DNA from: an uncultured delta proteobacterium
GTDB lineage: Bacteria > Desulfobacterota > SM23-61
Assembly: GCA_963760605.1 (NCBI GenBank)
Contig: CAVXFA010000062.1
Span: forward strand, 6,174-70,173
Length of the DNA stretch: 64,000 nucleotides
Reading direction: 5' to 3'
This document shows positions 52,541 through 62,933 of the stretch, piece by piece (within the stretch, counting starts at the first letter, position 1; every line of letters starts with the position of its first letter). Made by a program: the position numbers and the translations under genes. The notes beneath the pieces are model-generated. The model did no database searches. It had not been told where the DNA came from and was given only the letters and a program-made list of their open reading frames with translations.

Positions 52541-53755
52541 ATGGCCGAATATCTCTATAAAGCCACCACCCTCAGCGGAGAAACCGTGGAAGGTTCGATG
52601 GAGGGAAAGGACGAGAAGACGATTGTCCAGAGCCTGCAGCAACTTGGCTATATTCCCATTCACATCGTCTCTTCCGAGGAAAAGGGGGCTGGCGGGCGGA
52701 CGTCTTCCTTTTTGCCCCGGCGAGTCGGGGTGAAAAACCTGCTGGTTTTTACCCAGGAGCTCTCCACGCTGGTTTCCGCGGGTTTGCCCATCGACCGCAG
52801 CCTCCAGATCTTGGGATCCCTGACAGAAAACCGCAGACTCAAAGAGGTGGTGCAGGACATTTTAAAGCAGATCGAGGGAGGAAACTCTCTGGCCGAAGCC
52901 CTGGAGCACCATCCCCGGATTTTCTCCAGACTTTATATCAATATGGTCAAGGCTGGAGAAGCGGGAGGATTCTTAGATGTGATCTTGTCCCGACTGGCCA
53001 AGTATCTTCAAAGCACCAAAGAAATCAGAGAATACCTCATCTCCGTCATGATCTACCCTTTGATTTTGACGATGGTCAGCGGGATCTCGATGACCATTCT
53101 GGTCGCTTTTGTCATCCCCCGATTTGCCAGAATCTTTGCCGATATGAAGCAGGCCATCCCCCTGCCGACCCAGATCATGCTCTCGATCAGCCAGTCTGTC
53201 AAAGATTACTGGTGGGTGGGCCTGGGAGCCATCGCCTTGATCTACTTGGGGCTGAGAATGTACACCCAGAACGTGGAGAGAAAATGGCGCTGGGATCTCT
53301 TCAAATTGAGATGGGTCGCCATCGGAGATCTTATCAAAAAGGTAGAAATTGCCCGCTTTTCCAGAACGCTGGGAACCTTATTACAGAGCGGAGTTCCCAT
53401 TTTGCCGGCCCTAAACCTGGTAAAAGAAATCTCCCAAAATCTGGCGATTTCCAGGTCCATTGCCCATATCCATGACCGCCTACGAGAGGGCAAAGGAATC
53501 TCTAAATCCTTGGAGGAGACCAATATTTTCCCGCCGCTGGCCGTCCACATGATCGGCGTTGGGGAGGAAACGGGAAGGCTCGATGAGATGTTGACCAAGG
53601 TGGCCGAGACGTACGAGGAGAATGTTCAGACCACAGTAAAAAGGTTTGTATCCTTGTTGGAACCTCTGATCATCCTGGTCATGGGGGTGATTGTGGGGTT
53701 CATCGTGATCTCCATGCTCTTGGCCATCTTCAGCATCAATGAGATCCCCTTTTAA
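52541..53755 (+). CDS. gspF: type II secretion system inner-membrane platform protein GspF
   Basis: 404 aa with two GspF repeats and three TM segments. Confidence 0.85.
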   Translation: MAEYLYKATTLSGETVEGSMEGKDEKTIVQSLQQLGYIPIHIVSSEEKGAGGRTSSFLPRRVGVKNLLVFTQELSTLVSAGLPIDRSLQILGSLTENRRLKEVVQDILKQIEGGNSLAEALEHHPRIFSRLYINMVKAGEAGGFLDVILSRLAKYLQSTKEIREYLISVMIYPLILTMVSGISMTILVAFVIPRFARIFADMKQAIPLPTQIMLSISQSVKDYWWVGLGAIALIYLGLRMYTQNVERKWRWDLFKLRWVAIGDLIKKVEIARFSRTLGTLLQSGVPILPALNLVKEISQNLAISRSIAHIHDRLREGKGISKSLEETNIFPPLAVHMIGVGEETGRLDEMLTKVAETYEENVQTTVKRFVSLLEPLIILVMGVIVGFIVISMLLAIFSINEIPF

Positions 53756-53775
53756 TCTATTCTGGAGGAAGAGAG

Positions 53776-54210
53776 ATGAAAGAATGGGGGCATCGAAGAG
53801 AACGAGGGTTTACGCTGGTCGAAATTCTGGTGGTCATCATCATTATTGGGTTGCTGGCCGCCTTGGTTGGACCAAAATTATTTGGCAAAGTCAGCGTAGC
53901 CAAACAGAAGGCGACGAAAGCGCAGATTGAACTCTTCGGGACCGCCCTCGATGCCTTGCGGCTCGACGTGGGGAGATACCCAACCACCGAGGAGGGAATG
54001 AAGGCTCTGCGGGAGAAACCTTCTGGAATGGATGGATGGAAGGGCCCCTACCTTCCCAAAGAAATCCCGGTCGATCCCTGGGCAAGGCCATACCTTTACA
54101 AATGCCCGGGGGAACACGGTGATTACGACCTCATTTCTTACGGGCTCGACGGCACAGAGGGAGGGGAGGGAGAGAACCAGGACATCGTCAGCTGGAAGGA
54201 TATTGGGTAG
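53776..54210 (+). CDS. gspG: major pseudopilin GspG
   Basis: Prepilin motif G|FTLVEILVV, and the GspG-specific C-terminus ...DPWARPYLYKCPGEHGDYDLISYGLDG. Confidence 0.85.
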   Translation: MKEWGHRRERGFTLVEILVVIIIIGLLAALVGPKLFGKVSVAKQKATKAQIELFGTALDALRLDVGRYPTTEEGMKALREKPSGMDGWKGPYLPKEIPVDPWARPYLYKCPGEHGDYDLISYGLDGTEGGEGENQDIVSWKDIG

Positions 54211-54704
54211 TGAAAAACCGGGGATTTTCCCTCATCGAACTGGTCATCGTGTTGATCCTCCTCAGCCTCTCGATCTCCTTGGTGACGCCAGCTTTCTCCC
54301 GTTTTTCCAAGGGGATCGAGCTGAAGGCCGCTGTCAAAAAAGTTTCGGGGATCCTGCGCTATTATCGCAGCGAAGCCGTCCAAAAGGGGAAAGTCCAACA
54401 GGTTCTTTTCGATCCTGATTTGAGGGAAGTCAGGGTCCAATCGCCGGAACCGGCTGAGGATCAAGAAGGAACTGAGAAACGAGAAGAAAAGAGCTGGCCA
54501 AAGAAGTACCCTCTTCCCGAGGGGATCCAGATGAGGGAGGTGAAGATTGCTTCTCCGCAGTATCCCGCTGACTCGCCGGCGATTGAATTCTATCCCAACG
54601 GAGGATCGAACGGGGGTTCCATCCTTTTGGATCGACCGGACCATAAAGGATATCGGATCAAAGTTTATTTTCTCACGGGGATGGTGGAGATCGAGGGATC
54701 CTAA
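54210..54704 (+). CDS. gspH: minor pseudopilin GspH-like
   Basis: Prepilin N-terminus RGFSLIELVIVLILLSL. Confidence 0.65.
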   Translation: MKNRGFSLIELVIVLILLSLSISLVTPAFSRFSKGIELKAAVKKVSGILRYYRSEAVQKGKVQQVLFDPDLREVRVQSPEPAEDQEGTEKREEKSWPKKYPLPEGIQMREVKIASPQYPADSPAIEFYPNGGSNGGSILLDRPDHKGYRIKVYFLTGMVEIEGS

Positions 54705-54707
54705 AGG

Positions 54708-55118
54708 TTGTCGCCAATGAAAAATCGAGGATTTACGTTGATCGAAATCGTGGTAGCCATGGCCATCTTAGGGGTGGGGTTGATTGCGATCATCGAACTC
54801 TTTTCCGGGGGACTCCGTCTGGGAAGGGCCTCCGAAGAATATACGAGAGCAGTTGGTTTTGCCCGGATGAAAATGGAAGAATTCGCCTTAAAAGACCATG
54901 TGGAAGAAGGGAATGAGGTAGGGGATTTTGATAAAGACTTTCGTTGGCAGGTGGGGGTGAAAAAGCTGGACATTCTTCCCGCAGAAAAATTTACAGAGTT
55001 TCGACCCCCTGTCGAGCTTTATCAGATTAAAGTGAATATCATCTGGAAGTCCGGCTCCCGGGAAAGGTCTGCTGGAATTGAAACCTATAAGACGGTCAAA
55101 GTGGAGAACCAGGGATGA
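54708..55118 (+). CDS. gspI: minor pseudopilin GspI-like
   Basis: RGFTLIEIVVAMAILGVG. 136 aa. Confidence 0.65.
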   Translation: MSPMKNRGFTLIEIVVAMAILGVGLIAIIELFSGGLRLGRASEEYTRAVGFARMKMEEFALKDHVEEGNEVGDFDKDFRWQVGVKKLDILPAEKFTEFRPPVELYQIKVNIIWKSGSRERSAGIETYKTVKVENQG

Positions 55119-55918
55119 ACCGGGAGTTGACCCCGTTGTTGAATGAATTTTCCATGACGGATAGGTCACCCGCGAGCTATGAAAATCCCCCCCTGCCCCC
55201 CTTTGGTAAAGGGGGGTTGGGGGGATTTGGGTTTACCCTGATCGAAGTGATGGTCGCCTTTACGGTCCTTGGTTTTATTCTGCTCATCATTTTTGGAGTT
55301 TTCCGCCTGGGCCTTTCCGCCTGGGAGAAAGGGGAGTCTATTAAAGAGGAGTATCAGAAGGTGCGGATTATTTCCCAGTTGATCTCCCGGCAGATCAAGT
55401 CCATCGTTCCTTATAAAATCAAGACCCAAAAAGCAGAAGGGGATTATCTGGCCTTTGAAGGGAAAGCCCATTCTTTAAAATTCGTCTCTGCCCTCTCCCT
55501 CAAGGCAAGACGGCCCGAAGGTTTTGTCTATGCCGTGTACGAGTTTAAAGAGGGGGGCAGAGAGGGAGGGCGCTTCGTTCTTTACGAGGAGAGGGCCCTC
55601 AACAGGGATTTTATGGAAGAGAATCCCAAGGAGGAGTTGGGGGTTTCTCTATTAGAAGAAATTTCCGAGATGCGCTTTGAATATTATCAGGAGGAAGACC
55701 CAGAAAAGGAACAAGCCGGCGGATGGCTTACGGAATGGAATGCCAAGGAAAAAAGGGAATTACCCAAAGCACTCAGGATGACCCTCATCCATAAGAAGGG
55801 AAATGGGGAGAAGGAAGAATCCCCGATCCTCCTTTTGGCTTCCCTTCCTTCCAACCGATTTGAAGAAGTAAGAATAGGCCCCAGCCGGAGGGTTATTCCT
55901 CAGCGGCCTCCGAGATAA
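55115..55918 (+). CDS. gspJ: minor pseudopilin GspJ-like; the real start is probably at 55154 or later
   Basis: GFTLIEVMVAFTVLGF prepilin core. The annotated N-terminus reads through palindromic element copy C. Confidence 0.6.
   Translation: MNRELTPLLNEFSMTDRSPASYENPPLPPFGKGGLGGFGFTLIEVMVAFTVLGFILLIIFGVFRLGLSAWEKGESIKEEYQKVRIISQLISRQIKSIVPYKIKTQKAEGDYLAFEGKAHSLKFVSALSLKARRPEGFVYAVYEFKEGGREGGRFVLYEERALNRDFMEENPKEELGVSLLEEISEMRFEYYQEEDPEKEQAGGWLTEWNAKEKRELPKALRMTLIHKKGNGEKEESPILLLASLPSNRFEEVRIGPSRRVIPQRPPR
55183..55228. repeat. palindromic G6/C6 element, copy C
   Basis: AAAATCCCCCCCTGCCCCCCCTTTGGTAAAGGGGGGTTGGGGGGATTT. It lies in the gspI-gspJ junction, inside the apparent leader-peptide coding region of gspJ (it translates in frame to NPPLPPFGKGGLGGFG). 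Confidence 0.8.
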
Positions 55919-55936
55919 AAAAGTTTAAAGTTTAAA

Positions 55937-57025
55937 GTGAAAGGTGTAAAGTGTAACGAGAAGAAGGGGGGAGAGAGGACGAGCGTGGTTTTTCAACGGA
56001 GCTTGGCCATTTTGCGGAAGGAAATGGGTGTGGCCCTGATCATGGTCCTTTGGGTGATGACCATTCTTTCCGTGATTGTTTTAGAATTTAGTTATGCCAT
56101 GAGGACAGAGGTTAATATTTCGAGAAACTATCAGGAAGAACTTCGACTCTACGCCCTGAGCGAGGGCGGGGTTGAGCGAGCCATCGCCGAGCTGGTCTAC
56201 AAACAAGACCCGAGAATCCACCAAATGAGGAAGACCCCAGAGTTCGAGGAGATGCCTGCTGATAAGAGAGAGTGGGTGACCGACGGGAGGAATTACTCGC
56301 TGGCTTTCGAAGGGGGAGAATGTGTGGTCCGAGTGATGGGTGAGGCGGGCAAGGTCAATATTAATCTGATCTCCGATAGGACCCTGCGAAAAATCATTAC
56401 GAACTTGGGCTGGGAGGGAGAGGCCAGGGACATCGTGGTTGATTCCATTCTAGACTGGAAGGATCCGGGTGATTTCCACCGCTTGAACGGGGCCAAAAAT
56501 GACTATTATCAATCCCTCAAAGAACCCTACAATTGTAAGAATGGCAACTTCGATTCCGTCGAAGAGCTCCTTCTTGTTCGAGGGGTCACTCCTGAACTAT
56601 TTTATGGGAGAAAAGAAAACAAGAAAGGAGAAGAAGGAGTAAAGGCTGAACCGATTGGATTGAAAGATCTCTTCTCCATCTATGCGCCGGGAGAGCAGAT
56701 TGACATCAACAGTGCCACTCTGCCCGTGTTAAGGGTCGTTTTGGGTATTCCCTATGAAGTTTCTCGACTCATCGTCAAGGCCCGGGAGGAGAAGGGCTTC
56801 GAAAACCAAGGGGATCTTCTGCAAAGGGTGCCAGAACTTACCCCTTTCTTCGGAGAAATCAGGGGGTTGATCCTTTTCCAAGCTATGACGCCCTATTATT
56901 CGATCGAGTCAAAGGCCAAGAATAAAGAGAGGGAATCCGTTCGAGGATTGAAGGTGATTGTCAAAATAGATCCCAATGAGAAGGGGGCACATAAAATCAT
57001 TCAATGGATGGATTCCTTCATTTGA
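55937..57025 (+). CDS. gspK: minor pseudopilin GspK
   Basis: GVALIMVLWVMTILSVIVLEF. 362 aa, a typical GspK size. Confidence 0.7.
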   Translation: MKGVKCNEKKGGERTSVVFQRSLAILRKEMGVALIMVLWVMTILSVIVLEFSYAMRTEVNISRNYQEELRLYALSEGGVERAIAELVYKQDPRIHQMRKTPEFEEMPADKREWVTDGRNYSLAFEGGECVVRVMGEAGKVNINLISDRTLRKIITNLGWEGEARDIVVDSILDWKDPGDFHRLNGAKNDYYQSLKEPYNCKNGNFDSVEELLLVRGVTPELFYGRKENKKGEEGVKAEPIGLKDLFSIYAPGEQIDINSATLPVLRVVLGIPYEVSRLIVKAREEKGFENQGDLLQRVPELTPFFGEIRGLILFQAMTPYYSIESKAKNKERESVRGLKVIVKIDPNEKGAHKIIQWMDSFI

Positions 57026-57105
57026 TGGCCGGCTGAATCGCCTCTCCACTCGATGGAGGGTTCGAAGAGGGTAAAATTCGCCCATGAATCGCGGGAAAAT
57101 TTCTT

Positions 57106-58530
57106 ATGGTAATTTTTAATACCAGCTTGGGGATTGACTTTAGAGAAAACCATCTCATTCTTACCCTCCTGAGGAGGTCCTGGGGAAGGATCCGGCTGGT
57201 AGATTACAGGATCTACCCCCTCTGGTCTGAGGATCAGAAAGAGGTCCGGGAGGCCCAATGGATTAGCCTGATCACCACTTTCATCTCCAAACATCAGATC
57301 AACAAAGAAAGAGTGTCCGTTTCGATCCCGCGGGAAAAGGTGGTTGTCCGTTTCATCCGTCTGCCGCTCGCCACCAAGGAAAACTTAAGAAAAGTTCTGG
57401 AATACGAAGCACCCAAATATACCCCCTTTGACAAGGAGGAGATCTATTTCGATTATCAGATCCTCAAAGAGGAGAAGGAATGGCTCCACCTAATTGCTGT
57501 TTTTGTACAGAAGCGAGAATTGGATCCTTACGTAACCTTATTGAAGAAAATCCCCATTCAACCCCTATCCATTCAAATTCCTTCGGTGGGTGCACTCAAT
57601 CTTTTCTTTTATCACGAAGGAGGGAAAGGGCGAGAAATTTCTGTGCTGCTCGACGTGAGTGAGCCATTTTTTGAGATGAACCTCATCCAAGGAAAGGATT
57701 GGAAAGAGAGTTTCCATCTGCCCTTGCCATCGGAAAATAAGGAAGAGAAAATCATTCAAACTTTTGAGCGAGTCGAGTTGAACGGGGATGATCGACCTCC
57801 AGCAACTTTCTTCGTATACGGACTGGACATCGCCGAAAGCAAGCTTCCGGCCTTTGAAGAAAGAGAACCCGTGAAAGAGATTTCCCCTCCTCCGCTGGAC
57901 CGCATCGAGGTCAGGAAAAACGAATCGAGACCGGATTATATCTATGCCTCTATCGGTCTGCCCCTGCAAGGGCTGACGAAAACGCCCGTGGGTCTCAACC
58001 TCCTGCCATTCGAGATGAGAAAAAAAGTCAGGCAATTCGGGAAGCCTCTCTTCATGGGGTTGATCGCCTTGGCCTTGATCCTGAGTTGCACATGGGGGAT
58101 GGGGGTTTATAGCGGCTACCGGAATGCCTTGGACGTTCTCCGGGCCGAGGTTAAAAAAAGAAAGCCGGAAGTAGAGGCCATTGAAAAATTACAGAAACAG
58201 AGGGGGGAATTGGCCCAAGAAGTAGCGGAATATGAGAAAATCACAACGGGGGAGTTCAGTAAGATAGAGATTTTGAAGGAGTTGACCCAAATCTTACCCA
58301 GCACGGTCTGGATCTGGAATATTAAATATTCAGCGGGAGAGATCGAGATGAGCGGGTTTGCAGATTCGGCCTCTGATTTGATCCCCCTGCTGGACAAATC
58401 CCCTCTTTTTGAGAAGGTCGAATTTTTGGCCCCCGTGACCAAAGAGCGGGAAAGAAGAATCGGCGCAGAGAAGGAGAAGGAAAGGTTCAAAATCAAAATG
58501 CGATTAGAAGGGCGGGGGGCAAGTTCTTGA
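57106..58530 (+). CDS. gspL: GspL / PilM-like assembly protein
   Basis: N-terminal actin-like PilM/GspL cytoplasmic domain (LGIDFRENHLIL), a single TM and a periplasmic domain. In gsp operon order. Confidence 0.6.
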   Translation: MVIFNTSLGIDFRENHLILTLLRRSWGRIRLVDYRIYPLWSEDQKEVREAQWISLITTFISKHQINKERVSVSIPREKVVVRFIRLPLATKENLRKVLEYEAPKYTPFDKEEIYFDYQILKEEKEWLHLIAVFVQKRELDPYVTLLKKIPIQPLSIQIPSVGALNLFFYHEGGKGREISVLLDVSEPFFEMNLIQGKDWKESFHLPLPSENKEEKIIQTFERVELNGDDRPPATFFVYGLDIAESKLPAFEEREPVKEISPPPLDRIEVRKNESRPDYIYASIGLPLQGLTKTPVGLNLLPFEMRKKVRQFGKPLFMGLIALALILSCTWGMGVYSGYRNALDVLRAEVKKRKPEVEAIEKLQKQRGELAQEVAEYEKITTGEFSKIEILKELTQILPSTVWIWNIKYSAGEIEMSGFADSASDLIPLLDKSPLFEKVEFLAPVTKERERRIGAEKEKERFKIKMRLEGRGASS

Positions 58531-59129
58531 AGAAATGGTCTTTCTGGGAAAAAGGGAAGATTTCTCAGAAGAAGTTGCTCTGGGGGGTTGTTGGAGTCAC
58601 CGGGGCCATCCTGATCTACCACTTTGGCATCGTCTCCCTGGTCGCTGCGCAAAAGAGAGCCGATGAGGAGATCGCTCTCAAGCAGAAGCTTATTTTGAAG
58701 TACGCCGAGGTGACGGGAAATCGAAAAACGTTCGAAGAAGTCCTGCAGCGGACCCTGGAACAGAAGGAAGAGATTGCCAAAAAGCTTCTGCCCGGAGGGA
58801 CCCCCCAACTGGGAGCCGCCCATCTTCAGGATATCGTGAAGCGGCTTTCCGAGAAGAATGGGATTGCCCTGCGTAGCTTTAGAATATTGGAAGCAAAGGA
58901 GATCGGGGTCTACAGGAAGATTTCTCTGCAAATCGATTTCAACCCGATCAGCAGCATGATGAGCCTTGGCCAATTTATTTATGATCTCGAAAACCAGGAA
59001 AAGAAATTGATGATTTCCGAGATGGATCTCCTGATCTTCAACCCGCGGATGCCCAATAACATCCAGGGGAATCTGGTCATCTCTGGATTGATGAAAGGGA
59101 GCAAATCCAAAGAGAAGGGGAGGGAGTGA
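58527..59129 (+). CDS. gspM: GspM / PilO-like protein
   Basis: 200 aa with an N-terminal TM and a coiled periplasmic domain. In gsp operon order. Confidence 0.55.
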   Translation: MKKWSFWEKGKISQKKLLWGVVGVTGAILIYHFGIVSLVAAQKRADEEIALKQKLILKYAEVTGNRKTFEEVLQRTLEQKEEIAKKLLPGGTPQLGAAHLQDIVKRLSEKNGIALRSFRILEAKEIGVYRKISLQIDFNPISSMMSLGQFIYDLENQEKKLMISEMDLLIFNPRMPNNIQGNLVISGLMKGSKSKEKGRE

Positions 59130-59902
59130 TCATGCCTTCCCGGTACGGGGTCATGGGCTTTCTCCTTTTCTGCGTCGTCCTCCTCTTGGCTTATAAGAAT
59201 TATGAAATCTGGTCCCATCCCTTGGAGTGGGTCCCCAAAAAGGAGGCGGTCAAGAAGCCGGAGGCGAAAAACGAGAGCCTGGCGACCGAGGGGCGCAAAG
59301 AGCCTTCCCCTCACGAGGCCATCCTGGTGATAGCCGAAAAGAATATTTTTAACCCCGACCGGATAGAATTCCCCCTTCTACCGGTAGAACAGGCGAAACC
59401 CCTGGTCCGGCCCCAAGTTATTTTGTATGGGGTGATGATCGCGGGCGGTTACCAAACTGCCTCCGTCGTCAACCCGGGGAGACCCCTGCATAAGGGAGAA
59501 AGGGAGATCAAGACCCTAAAATTGGGGGATCAAATGGGAGACTATAAATTAACAAAGATCTTACCGGACCGGATTACCTTAGAAGCGAAGGAAGATTCAT
59601 TTGAAGTACTTCTCTTCGATCCCAAGTTTCCCAAAAGACGACCGGAGATGAAAACAACGGCGAAGCCGGCCGAGGTAACGAGCCCTCTGCCAGTTCCGGC
59701 ACCGGTTCCCCCGCCGACCCCCGCAGTGCCCCGACCCACTCTTCCCCCAGTGCGGCCAGTACCCCTGGAGCCCACGAGAGAAAGCGTGATCGAAACCCCA
59801 GCACCCAGGCCTGTGACGCCCACACCGATGCCCGATCCGGGTGTCTGGACGGGCAGAAGGCCCGTGCGGCCCCGTGCACCCGCAGAAGGTGGGGGGAGAT
59901 AG
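59126..59902 (+). CDS. GspC / PilP-like secretin-interacting protein with a Pro-rich C-terminal tail
   Basis: N-terminal TM, NIFNPDR motif, HR/PilP-like beta domain, then PLPVPAPVPPPTPAVPRPTLPP. Confidence 0.5.
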   Translation: MIMPSRYGVMGFLLFCVVLLLAYKNYEIWSHPLEWVPKKEAVKKPEAKNESLATEGRKEPSPHEAILVIAEKNIFNPDRIEFPLLPVEQAKPLVRPQVILYGVMIAGGYQTASVVNPGRPLHKGEREIKTLKLGDQMGDYKLTKILPDRITLEAKEDSFEVLLFDPKFPKRRPEMKTTAKPAEVTSPLPVPAPVPPPTPAVPRPTLPPVRPVPLEPTRESVIETPAPRPVTPTPMPDPGVWTGRRPVRPRAPAEGGGR

Positions 59903-62161
59903 ATGTTGGCCGAAAGGAGTCCATGGAGGATGAAAATAAGGAGTTGGTTATGGATGGGATTTTTCATTCTGTTCTTCATGGTTGGAACCTTCAGTTGTGC
60001 GGGTAAAAAGGTGCAATTGAAGGAGCAGCCTCGGGCAGAGACCCTCCAGCCGCAAATAGAGGAGCGCCCAGATCAGCTCTCTAAGGAGAGCGCTGCCGCA
60101 CCTCCACCTCCAGAGCAAGAAAAAACCATCCTTGGCGAAAGAGCTGAGGTTCTCAAGCAGGAGAAATTGCCAGAGCCTCGAATTCCTGCCCAACGGGCAG
60201 AAGGGATTCCCCCCACTTCACCTCCTCCCCCTGCCGCGGCAAAACCATCCGAGCCGATCAGGGGCTCAAAATTCGTCTTGAATTTCGACAATGCCGATCT
60301 CTATGAGGTGATCCGGGTCATTTCTGAAGTGATGAAAATCAATTACATCATCGACCCCAGGGTCAAAGGAATTGTTAATATCCATACCTCAGGCCAACTT
60401 TCCAATGAGGAAATCTTCCCGATCTTCCAATCCATTCTGGAATTGAATGGGGCCACTGCGGTGCAGAAAGGGATTCTTTATGAAATCGTCCCCTTCGCGG
60501 ATGCTAAAAAAATATACACCTCTCCATTGACCGCCAAAGAGGCGGGAAAAACCCTGGCTGAAGAAAGGTACACCATCCAGATCATTCGCTTAAAATACAT
60601 TCCGGCGGCCGAAGTCTCCAAGATGATCAAGCCTTTCCTCTCGGATGGGGCGGATATCGTGGAACAGCCTTCCCAGAATATCCTCATCATCGGCGACATC
60701 GCCTCCAACATCAGAAAATCCCTCGACATCATCGACCTCTTCGACGTCGATATCTTTGCCGATATGCGGGTCAGGATCTACCCCATTTTCAATGCGGATG
60801 TAAACGAGGTTGCCAAGGAGATGGAACGGATCTTCTCTTCTTTCGAAGTTTCCTTGAAATCAGCCCGTGGCGTGGGGATCACCTTCACCCCCATCACTCG
60901 AATTAATTCCCTCCTGGTTGTGAGTTCGATCCCCCAGATCTTCGAGAGAGTAGAAAAATGGCTTAGGGAGCTTGACAAAATTGCAGGCGAAGGAACGAAA
61001 ATAAACGTCTTCGTTTACTATGTCCAAAATGCGAAGGCCAAGGATTTAGCTGATGTCCTGAAACAAGTTTATATAACCGAGAAAAGAGTTGAATTGAAAG
61101 AGAAGGGCGTGGCCCCTGCGGTGCCCAGAGGAGTGAGACCTCCCTCAACGCCTGCCCCATCCACCCCGAAGGAGGAAGGGGTTTTACCAGCGGGAGCGGT
61201 TCCTGAAGGAGAAATCACCATCGTCGTCGACGAGACCACCAATTCCTTGATCATCCGAGCCTTTCAGCGGGATTATAAGGCCATCCTGGAAACAATTAAA
61301 AAACTCGACCTCTACCCCAAACAGGTGTTGATCGAAGTTCTGTTGGCGGAGGTCACTCTCGACGAAGCGACCAAATATGGCCTGGAATTTTCCACGTTTA
61401 CAGCAGGGGATTATTCAATTCAGATGGGAGGCACGCCCTTTCTGGGACTCGTGCCTACTCCGGATGCGTTTTCTTCGGGCCTCCGGTACTCAATCGTTTC
61501 GGCGGGCAAACTCGCCGCCGCTATTCATGCCTCGGCTACGGAAAATCGTTTAAAGGTCATCTCCTCCCCCCATATCCTGGCTTCGAACAACAAAGAAGCC
61601 AGAATCCAGATCGGGTCCTCCGAACCTATCCTGACCAATACATACACGACCCCGGGAGCACCGACCACGGACACCACGGCCATTGTATCTACTGGAATTG
61701 TAACAGGGACGATCGAGTACAAGGATATCGGTGTACTTCTGAGTGTCACCCCGCGCATCAGTGATGCCAAGCTGGTTACCCTGGAAATATCGATCGAGCA
61801 GAGCACGGTATCCCAAAAAAACCTGGGGAATCTCGCGAATGTCCCCTTTTTCCCGAAAAAGACGGCCAAGACATCTCTTTCGATCATGGAAGGCCAGACA
61901 ATCGTCATCGGGGGAATGATCGAAGACTCCAAGAATACCACCAAAACAGGGGTTCCTTTTCTAAGCAAAATTCCCATCCTGGGCGCGTTGTTTGGTTACC
62001 ATACGAATGAGAATATTTCGACGGAGACGATCCTCCTGATGACTCCTCACGTGATTACGGAGTTACAAGAATCGAATGAAATAACCAAGGAATTCCGGGA
62101 AAAAGTGCAAGAGCTCAAGAAAGAGTTCGAAGAGAGAGGAAAAAAAGAGATAAAAAAGTGA
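59903..62161 (+). CDS. gspD: type II secretion secretin GspD, likely a lipoprotein
   Basis: Lipobox GTFSC. Pro-rich linker, N0 to N3 domains, and a C-terminal secretin domain (VPFLSKIPILGALFG). Confidence 0.85.
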   Translation: MLAERSPWRMKIRSWLWMGFFILFFMVGTFSCAGKKVQLKEQPRAETLQPQIEERPDQLSKESAAAPPPPEQEKTILGERAEVLKQEKLPEPRIPAQRAEGIPPTSPPPPAAAKPSEPIRGSKFVLNFDNADLYEVIRVISEVMKINYIIDPRVKGIVNIHTSGQLSNEEIFPIFQSILELNGATAVQKGILYEIVPFADAKKIYTSPLTAKEAGKTLAEERYTIQIIRLKYIPAAEVSKMIKPFLSDGADIVEQPSQNILIIGDIASNIRKSLDIIDLFDVDIFADMRVRIYPIFNADVNEVAKEMERIFSSFEVSLKSARGVGITFTPITRINSLLVVSSIPQIFERVEKWLRELDKIAGEGTKINVFVYYVQNAKAKDLADVLKQVYITEKRVELKEKGVAPAVPRGVRPPSTPAPSTPKEEGVLPAGAVPEGEITIVVDETTNSLIIRAFQRDYKAILETIKKLDLYPKQVLIEVLLAEVTLDEATKYGLEFSTFTAGDYSIQMGGTPFLGLVPTPDAFSSGLRYSIVSAGKLAAAIHASATENRLKVISSPHILASNNKEARIQIGSSEPILTNTYTTPGAPTTDTTAIVSTGIVTGTIEYKDIGVLLSVTPRISDAKLVTLEISIEQSTVSQKNLGNLANVPFFPKKTAKTSLSIMEGQTIVIGGMIEDSKNTTKTGVPFLSKIPILGALFGYHTNENISTETILLMTPHVITELQESNEITKEFREKVQELKKEFEERGKKEIKK

Positions 62162-62240
62162 AATTGGAAAGCGGCTCATTTTTCGACCCCCGCTATTTTC
62201 CTCATGACGATCCTCAGCTTCCTCTCTGGTATTCCAAACC

Positions 62241-62933
62241 ATGCCCAAAAAAATATTCATCATCGAAGACGAAAAGGACATCCGGGAGCTTCTGGAGCTT
62301 TACCTGAAGCGGGAAGGGTATGGGGTCCAAAGCGCCAAAGACGGGGAGGCAGGGTTGCAAAAGATTGCCAAGGAGCGATTTGACCTTATCCTGCTCGACC
62401 TGATGCTTCCCCAGATGGACGGGCTGGAAGTGTGCCGGATTCTAAGGTCTCAGCCGCAAACCGCAGACCTCCCCGTGATCATGCTTACAGCCAAGACGGA
62501 AGAAGCCGACCGCATCGTCGGGTTGGAAATGGGCGCGGATGATTATATCACCAAGCCCTTCAGCCCCCGGGAAGTCGTGGCCCGGGTGAAGGCGCTTTTC
62601 CGGCGGCTGGAGAAATCAAAGGCGAAAGAGATGAGGTACGAATACGGAGGAATCCTTCTGGACCTGTCGCAGCACGAAGTTACCTATCAAAAAAAGGTTC
62701 AGAGCCTGACCGCCAAAGAATTCAAGCTTCTGGAGTATTTGATGGTCAATAAAGGGCGAGTTCTTTCCCGGGATCAGCTGCTCAATGAAGTCTGGGGCTA
62801 TGATTATTTCGGCACCACTCGCACCGTGGACGTTCATGTTGCCCGTCTGCGCCAGAAATTTCCGTTGCTGGATAAGTCCCTGATCTCCATCAAAGGATTA
62901 GGATACAAACTGCAAGAGGAACCATCGAAATGA
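62241..62933 (+). CDS. phoB: OmpR-family response regulator, PhoB-like
   Basis: Receiver domain (LDLMLP..DG) plus a winged-helix domain. LTAKEFKLLEYL...RTVDVHVARLRQK parallels PhoB. Confidence 0.75.
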   Translation: MPKKIFIIEDEKDIRELLELYLKREGYGVQSAKDGEAGLQKIAKERFDLILLDLMLPQMDGLEVCRILRSQPQTADLPVIMLTAKTEEADRIVGLEMGADDYITKPFSPREVVARVKALFRRLEKSKAKEMRYEYGGILLDLSQHEVTYQKKVQSLTAKEFKLLEYLMVNKGRVLSRDQLLNEVWGYDYFGTTRTVDVHVARLRQKFPLLDKSLISIKGLGYKLQEEPSK

